64,000 nucleotides of DNA, from positions 17,794,001 through 17,858,000 of the forward strand of contig OZ024751.1 in NCBI GenBank assembly GCA_964016885.1, written 5' to 3'. The stretch's first letter is position 1. Each line of letters opens with the position of its first letter. This document shows positions 56,499 to 64,000 of this stretch, piece after piece. The translations under genes were made by a program, and so were the position numbers. The notes under the pieces were generated by a model. That model did no database searches. It saw nothing but the letters and a program-made list of their open reading frames with translations, and had not been told where the DNA came from. The stretch is from Eledone cirrhosa (lineage: Eukaryota).

Positions 56499-57218
56499 TA
56501 GGTATTAGGATTTGTGCTCTGAAATAGCGATGTATACATGATTGTATGTATAGTATATTTGGCAATATACCGTATGTTTAATTAAAAACATTTTGAAGAC
56601 CATACGCTATCGGTTTTAAAGTAGTGACTATGTCACTTACTTCTTTTCTGTGAAAGAGGGGAGAGAAGCTGACAGTCTGTTTCAAGCTGTTGGCGATCAA
56701 CAGAGCCACGCACTCCTTGCTTTCGCCGAAAATTATAGAAGGTGGATTCTTATAGAATTCCAGTAATAATCAGGGGCTGATTATACAGAGCGATTGAAGG
56801 TCCAGCAAAAATTATGTATTAGGATTGGTGCTCTGAAATAGCGATGTATACATGAATATGTATGTATAGTACATTTGACAATATACCGTATGTTTAATTA
56901 AACATGTTTTGCTGGACCGGCAGTCGCTCTGTATAATCAGCTTCTGATTCTTACTGGAATTCTATAAGAATCCAGCTTCTATAATTTTCGGCAAAAGCAG
57001 AGAGTGCATGGCTCTGATGATCGCCAACAGCGTGAAACAGACTGTTAGCTTCTCTCCCTTCTTTCACAGAAAAGAAGTAAGAGACATAGTCACTACTTTA
57101 AAACCGATAGCGTATGATCTTCAAAATGTTTTTAATTAAACATACGGTATATAGCCAAATATACTATACATATATTCATGTATACATCGCTATTTCAGAG
57201 CACCAATCCTAATACCTA
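56499..57218. mobile_element. Fold-back family I: ~310-bp arms; the centre is a direct repeat of the outer ~85 bp of the left arm
   Basis: 56499-56810 mirrors 56907-57218, and 56816-56902 repeats 56502-56587. Confidence 0.92.
57010..57050 (+). ncRNA. Type I hammerhead ribozyme (family I)
   Basis: GGCT-CTGATGA-T-CGCcaacaGCG-T-GAA-ACAGaCTGT-T-AGCT. The mirror copy at ~56667-56707 has a mutated core (CTGTTGA). Confidence 0.85.
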
Positions 57219-57479
57219 TATATATATGTGTGTGTGTGTGTCTAGAGTGTGTAACTTGGAGTTACTGTAGGTTCATCCAGGTGAGCACTCTGTTTACGTT
57301 CACTTCAGTGTCGAGATGTAGAGCTATACAGAATGTATTATAGTTAAAAAAATACAAGGACGATTGGTTACTCCTTCATTATGTTTATTGGTTGGTGATG
57401 CGCGTTTTGCCACTGACCAGCTCAATATAAACAATGAGTTATATGCTTTGTTGATGAATATTCAATAGAATTATGTTCA

Positions 57480-57975
57480 TAACAGATATGAAGCACTCTA
57501 CAATGAAATATTTTTATCTGGAGTATTATAATATTAATAATAGTAATAAATGGAAAATATCACTATAGCATCATATTTATTTTATTATACATATTTCAAG
57601 GATACCAAATTACAGTATGCTTTCATCAGATAAAATAAACATTTGATGTATAAGATAGTGGCATACACAAAGTATAAACTTCCAACGCCAGCTTACAGTG
57701 GGTGAACCCAACATAAGCGTCCGAAGTCGTTCATCAGAAGGACATCCATATTAAATTTTCCTTCTGATGAACGGTTTCGGACACCTCTGTTGAGGTCGCC
57801 TGTCTTCGTGAAACATGAACTTCACTGAACTTATAACATGAAGTTATATCTGTCGAAAGCATACTGAAATATTAGTACCCTTGAAATACGTATGATAAAA
57901 TACGTATGGTTTTATAAAGATATTTTTCATTTGTTGATACTCCGGATAAAGCTGTTGAGTGCTTCTAATCTGTTG
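57480..57975. mobile_element. Old, diverged family F fold-back with an internal second hairpin (57721-57780)
   Basis: aacagatatgaagcactc...tttcaaggatac is imperfectly mirrored by gtacccttgaaatacgtat...gagtgcttctaatctgtt. Confidence 0.65.
57576..57639 (-). ncRNA. Type I hammerhead ribozyme (family F)
   Basis: TTTATTTTAT-CTGATGA-AAGcATAC...GTATcCTT-GAA-ATATGTAT-A-ATAAAATAAA. Confidence 0.8.
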
Positions 57976-58007
57976 TAAAAGTAAAGGAAAAGAGAGTGCT
58001 CTATGTT

Positions 58008-58071
58008 ATTCATTCTGACGACTGAAGACAGATATAAATATCTGTCTTCAAGAAACCACTGGTAAATGAAT
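58008..58071 (+). ncRNA. Type I hammerhead ribozyme with a long perfect stem II
   Basis: ATTCATT-CTGACGA-c-TGAAGACAGATAT-aa-ATATCTGTCTTCA-a-GAA-ACCAcTGGT-A-AATGAAT. Confidence 0.85.
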
Positions 58072-58096
58072 TAATTATCTTATGTTGTTTATTAAA

Positions 58097-58187
<91 letters not shown>

Positions 58188-58310
58188 GGTAAGCAGAAAT
58201 AACAACACAATCGGTGAGAGAGGGAGAAAGATAGAGCGGGGGGAGAGAGAAACAAAGACAGGGAAAGTGACAGATACTCAGGTAGATAGATACAAAGATA
58301 GATAGATATA

Positions 58311-58559
58311 TTTCTTTATTAGCCACAGGGGCACAAAAGAAGGGGACAAATACAAAGGGGGAAGTTTACATACAATAAAAACGTGTAAAATGTTATCACA
58401 GATGGAATTTAAAAGTTAGTCGATTTTCCCCAATAGAGGGAGACAGTTTATATGGGTAACACATACCCCCGAAAAAAATGTGCAACCCTCATCTCCAGGA
58501 GTACGAAGAGCTTGTACTCCTTTCCTCTCCTCCTCCTTTTCCTCAATCTACAGGCTGAT
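58311..58559 (-). mobile_element. Tx1-like 3'-end fragment inside (GATA)n
   Basis: Near-identical to 49793-50041, with GATA repeats on both sides. Confidence 0.85.
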
Positions 58560-58561
58560 AC

Positions 58562-58592
<31 letters not shown>

Positions 58593-58605
58593 TATAGATA
58601 GATAC

Positions 58606-58636
<31 letters not shown>

Positions 58637-58638
58637 CG

Positions 58639-58712
<74 letters not shown>

Positions 58713-59302
58713 TCGCAGCGTATCGTTCTTTCCTCAACATTGATGGTAATAACATTTTTTTTCTTTCTTTTATTTTTCTACTGCAGTGTGTATGTATGCA
58801 AGGCTAAAGAGATATTTGCACGATACAAACAAATTAAGCGACAATCCAACACGAATTTCTGTCATCCGTCTTCATTGCTGATGTCAGCGTTAAGCAGACG
58901 ACAGCCAGGAAGTAAGCAGAAGACATTGCTGTACATACATTATGGCTTCCGGTCAAAGACAATAGCCAGCCTGGAACAAGCTCCAAGGAAACTTTACTCA
59001 CTAATTAAGCAATGTTGATATTTTGCATGTAATAGATTTATTTTTTAGTTAGCTGGTTAGTTAGTTATTATTATTTTTGTTATTGCTGTTGTTGTTATTG
59101 ATTTTGTTGTTGATGTTGTTGTTTGGATTTTTAATCCTTCTTTTGCTTCGTTTTCTTTCACTGTTTATTTCTCTGTTCCTAATCTTTCTCTCATCGATTC
59201 TTTCATTTCGTTCCCTATCACATATATGCCCTCTCCTCTCATCCTTCTTCATATATCTATCTATCAATCTATATATATATATATCTCACTATCTCTCTCT
59301 CC

Positions 59303-59442
<140 letters not shown>

Positions 59443-59552
59443 GATGAAATACCAATGATGGTTGGCAAATCACTGATGAGGGACTAATTTTATAATATGT
59501 AATCCATGTGCAACCATGCAGTATTCTTCTCCCCATGTTTTTCATATATATA

Positions 59553-59599
<47 letters not shown>

Positions 59600-60035
59600 G
59601 TATGTGTTTGTGTAGGTGTTAATGTCTGTATTTATGGTCCTTTAAATCCTGATGGAGTGATAGGGGCTCCGTTGTTACACAAAGTATGACTTGCGTATTT
59701 CACACTTAACGACTCCCATCCCCTATCAGGGTTTGAACACAACCGATTACTTCCACACACGGAGAAAGAGTGGAGAAGGGGATACAGAGGAATATACTGG
59801 ACGGATACATTTTATATCGACACCGAAAGCTGACTGCGGCGAGATTTGAACTCAGGGAGCAGAGAGTCGGAATGAACACCGCAAATACCTAAATATTCTG
59901 CCAATTTTCCGCCCCCCTCTCTCTCTCTCTCATATATATATATTTGTTTTTTTTCATTCGCACCGTTCCCTTTCGCTATATGTCTCTCCACCACTCCCCT
60001 ACACACCTTTTGAACTCTGTTCCCACACACTTCTC

Positions 60036-60067
60036 ACCTGAGGAAGGGCTTATGCCCGAAACGTCGT
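60036..60067 (+). ncRNA. Minimal type I hammerhead ribozyme with GUC site (stem I weak)
   Basis: AC-CTGAGGA-A-GGGCttatGCCC-GAA-ACGT-C-GT. The downstream flank resembles that of 50816. Confidence 0.72.
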
Positions 60068-60157
60068 CCCCCACCTACCCCCCACTCTCCTGAGCGTGAA
60101 ATTAATAAACATTTATTGTACTGCCTCTCCGTTTTATCCCTGTTCAAATGTTTCCAT

Positions 60158-60232
<75 letters not shown>

Positions 60233-60239
<7 letters not shown>

Positions 60240-60498
60240 TAAACGGAATAGAAAATGCTGACAAATTGTTCACAGTTGAAAAATGGTTTAATTAGGAATA
60301 AAAGAGTATTAGTGATTGTATGGGTTAGTATTCAGTTGTGGTTTTAAAAACTTAAAACCACAACTGAATACTAACCCATACAATCACTAATACTCTTTTA
60401 TTCCTAATTAAACCATTTTTCAACTGTGAACAATTTGTAAGCATTTTCTATTCCGTTTACCAATATATAATAACTTGTGTGTTACACCTCTATTCTTT

Positions 60499-60500
<2 letters not shown>
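60233..60500 (+). mobile_element. Fold-back family J, short form: ~115-bp arms with almost no spacer
   Basis: 60233-60348 mirrors 60351-60467. The tail aacttgtgtgttacacc is shared with 63555. Confidence 0.9.
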
Positions 60501-60543
<43 letters not shown>

Positions 60544-61207
60544 GTAACCCATTAGCAACCACGCAGCACGTTTATTCTCATATTTACACATATTTTTTCC
60601 CCCGCTGTGACCCGTCTATTTCGTTCTTACTGCTTCCTCTTTCTCTGTATCTTTACCCTCTCTAACAGTCACTCTCTCTGTTAGCCTCTTCCTCACCCTT
60701 CACTCACTCACTCTCTGTTACTACCTCTCCTCCTCCTCCTTCTTCCCGTTTGACCTGTGCGTAATTCTTTTCTTTCGCACCCTTGGTCAGGCAGATCGCT
60801 TTTTTTCTCTTTCTCGTCTACGATTTCACAGACTAGATCCCTTCTTCCTCCCGTTAGACCTGTACGGAATTCCTTCCTTGCTCACATTCCAACCAGGTTT
60901 GATGGTCTTTATTCTCTCTCGTTCACGATTTCACCGAACTTATATTCATGGAAATTTGGGACTTGACTCCTTCTTCCTCACTTTTCGTTGCTTCACCATC
61001 TTTGTTTATTTACACTCTTGTGTCCCCTCTATTTACGTGTCCCAATGATTTTTTTAGCCGTGTCTCGCACTAACCGGAGGTATATGGTCTTTAAAGCGAT
61101 GAAATACCAATGATGGTTGGAAGATCATCACTGATGAAGGACTAACTTTATTTATATATATATATATATAATCTTCTATAATCTTCGGCGAAAGCGGCGA
61201 GTACGTT

Positions 61208-61250
61208 GCTCTGATGATCGCCAACAGCGTGAAACAGACAGTTTGTTAGC
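61208..61250 (+). ncRNA. Type I hammerhead ribozyme in a family I single arm (61172-61385)
   Basis: GCT-CTGATGA-T-CGCcaacaGCG-T-GAA-ACAGAcagTTTGT-T-AGC. Confidence 0.85.
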
Positions 61251-61410
61251 TTCTCTCCCTTCTTTCGCCGAAGAAAAGAAGTAAGTGACGCAGTCACTAC
61301 TTTAAAACTGATAGCGTATGGTCTTCAAAATGTTTTTAATTAAGCATATGGTATATTGCCAAATATACTATACATACATTCATATATATATATATGTATA
61401 TATATATTAG

Positions 61411-61453
61411 ACCGAGCTGAGGATCCGAATAAGGTGAAATAATTGTTCTCGGT
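61411..61453 (+). ncRNA. Type I hammerhead ribozyme from a separate family
   Basis: ACCGAG-CTGAGGA-T-CCgaataaGG-T-GAA-ATAATTGT-T-CTCGGT, with a 6-bp stem I. Confidence 0.8.
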
Positions 61454-61897
61454 ATGGTGAACTAACTGTTGTGGATCTACTTACACACACACATAACATA
61501 TATATATATATACGCACATAAACACACAGACACACACATACAGTCACATTCACACACAAATACACACATACACACAAAAGTATATGTGTATATGCAAGTT
61601 TGGATATTTGAAAATCTGTTTTTATTTGGAAAGTGGCGGCAATGCATATGATATTAAAAAAAATTCGGATAAATCGACTAAATTACTACTGGAGATGGAA
61701 AAGACCTGAACAGAACCGCCTCCGTGGGTCGAACCACGCATCTACCGTGAATCAGATGATAGTTATATGCACCTGGTGGCTTCAAATATATACATTTGTG
61801 TGTGTAAATTAACCAGGCTTTAATACAGTGACCATAAACTGCTATTAAAAAAGGAACCCGACTCTGCGTAGGTTACTATTTTTAGGGTAATCCTATA

Positions 61898-61992
<95 letters not shown>

Positions 61993-62038
61993 AGCGGGAG
62001 ATGCATACATACACATATATATACACATATATACACAC

Positions 62039-62083
<45 letters not shown>

Positions 62084-62086
<3 letters not shown>

Positions 62087-62297
62087 CAAAGGAATTGTGG
62101 TAAGGAACCAGATGGACCATAACGTACCAGAGTACTTAATACTTAGTTCCAGAGTACTCAATACTTAGAGTAGTAGAGTGGGAAAAAGTATGACCCCTAC
62201 GGCAGAACTCATGCCGTTTCGACGGCTATTTCTGGACTCAGAGTCCAGAAATAGCCGTCGAAACGGCTTGAGCTCTGCCGTCGGGATCATACTTTTT

Positions 62298-62301
<4 letters not shown>
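62084..62301 (-). mobile_element. Fold-back family B with a small internal duplication in the tail
   Basis: Palindrome centred on ctggactcagagtccag. ccagagtact.aatacttag is duplicated. Confidence 0.85.
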
Positions 62302-62349
<48 letters not shown>

Positions 62350-62975
62350 TATATATTTTTACATAATACAGAAACAGAGCCCCTTTTATTTGCTCTAGGT
62401 TGAAATTTACATTGTATAATATCTGAATAATTAAAAGGGTCTATAACCCCCCCCCCCCCACACACACACACACAGATATTCAGGCATATACATACACAGA
62501 ATGGAGACACATACTTAATCGCACACACATGTCCAAACGTATACATTTGCAACAGCAGACAAAATTCATAAACACAAACACACAATCACATTTAAACATA
62601 TTTACACATAGGAGCAAACAAATATCAGACATACATACAGTAAGAGACACATAGTCATAGACATAAACTCGCACGCAATCACACGCAGATTATATGCATG
62701 CATATTTATAATCACACAGTGAGAAACACGAAGGCTTATAATAAATGTAATAGCGAGGTTTGTGAGCAAATTTGGACTTAGTGGGAGTTATATGTTTTTA
62801 TTTATGCACAAATTGATATACCAACCACGCACATACATAGGTACAAACCCATATGAATAGATAGATACATGCATATATATATATATATATATATACTATC
62901 CAGGAAGCTCCAAGCGTTAAGGTTGTATTTTTTTCAGGGTATGTCAATATTTATTTATAAAACTAATCTGTATTG

Positions 62976-63041
62976 TATTTGATCTGATGAAAGCGCACCA
63001 TAATTTGCCTTGGTGGCCCTTGAAATATGTATAATAAAATA
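62976..63041 (+). ncRNA. Type I hammerhead ribozyme in the family F arm 62895-63085
   Basis: TATTTgAT-CTGATGA-AAGcgCACCA...TGGTGgccCTT-GAA-ATATGTAT-A-ATAAAATA. Confidence 0.78.
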
Positions 63042-63158
63042 AATATGGTTTTATAAATATAGTTTCCATTTGTTAATATATTGTATATATATATATATAT
63101 ACGTATATATGTATATCTAGTATGTATATGTATATTTTAATAAGTATATATATATATA

Positions 63159-63580
63159 TATTAGTAAAAAGGAAAAGAAAATGGTAACAAATTTTTCCCA
63201 GTGAAAAATAGTTTAATTAGGAATAAATATAAATTAGTAATAAGTATTGGTTAGTATTCAGTTTTAGTTTTAAGTTTTTACCGGTTGCGCATTTCTAATG
63301 CTTTTCAAAAATAATTTTGAGATAGAGCGCTCGTGATTTTTTGCTCTAATTTTTGCTCAGATTAGAGCAAAAATCACGAGCGCTCTATCTCAAAATTATT
63401 TTTGAAAAGCATTAGAAATGCGCAACCGGTAAAAACTTAAAACTAAAACTGAATACTAACCAATACTTATTACTAATTTATACTTATTCCTAATTAAACT
63501 ATTTTTCACTGGGAAAAATTTGTCAGCATTTTCTTTTCCTTTTACCAATATATCACAACTCGTGTGTTACACCTGTATTT
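63159..63580 (+). mobile_element. Fold-back family J, long form: ~190-bp arms with a decayed hammerhead at 63399-63435
   Basis: 63159-63350 mirrors 63361-63551. The hammerhead relic reads TTT-TTGAAAA-GCATTagaAATGC-GCA-ACCGGT-A-AAAA. Confidence 0.88.
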
Positions 63581-63671
63581 TTTAAAATATATATATATAT
63601 ATATTCCTCAACTTCCAACAAGCATGAACTATGTAGAATTGTCTCCTGTGTTTTGTTCGTTCATTTTCAAC

Positions 63672-63778
<107 letters not shown>

Positions 63779-63857
63779 TAATTGTAAAGACTATTTTGAG
63801 TTTCTAACTCATTATATACCTTTGATATATACATATATACATACATATAAGAGAGAC

Positions 63858-63890
<33 letters not shown>

Positions 63891-63900
63891 GTTAGAGACT

Positions 63901-63936
<36 letters not shown>

Positions 63937-63937
<1 letters not shown>

Positions 63938-64000
63938 TTCTTTATTTACCATAAAGGCATAAAAAGAAGGGACAAATACAAAGGGGGAGTTTACATATAA
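63937..64000 (-). mobile_element. Tx1-like 3' end abutting (GATA)n, running off the window
   Basis: tttctttatttacc...aaaagaagggacaaatacaaagggggagtttacata, similar to 58311. Confidence 0.8.

Overview
Eukaryotic, very AT-rich DNA saturated with microsatellites. The abundant tRNA-derived SINE and the RTE-type 3' ends resemble octopod cephalopod repeats, so this is probably an octopus-type intron or intergenic region; that is recalled resemblance, not a database result. I can support no host protein-coding gene, and almost every ORF in the track is a simple-repeat artefact. Real coding remnants are decayed retrotransposon pieces: Tx1/L1-like ORF2 C-termini at 30.2-33.5 kb and an RTE C-terminus at 18.8-19.2 kb. 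The main discovery is a dense set of about 10 families of short fold-back (palindromic) elements with little sequence similarity to each other, mostly inserted in (TA)n tracts. They share one design: inverted arm, short centre, arm, one-sided tail. Most carry a type I hammerhead ribozyme (stem I-CUGANGA-stem II-GAAA-stem III-UH-stem I') near the centre of symmetry. I folded by eye 13 hammerhead loci with an intact CUGANGA/GAAA/UH core, plus several half or decayed ones. The architecture matches 5'-truncated Penelope-like elements or retrozymes with an inverted pseudo-LTR. Other signals are a fold-back with a tRNA-like Pol III head at its centre, a TYGAGTRC motif shared by five families, and a Tx1-like LINE whose ends fall in (TATC)n. 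Repeat boundaries are approximate (about 10 bp); ribozyme coordinates were counted by hand.
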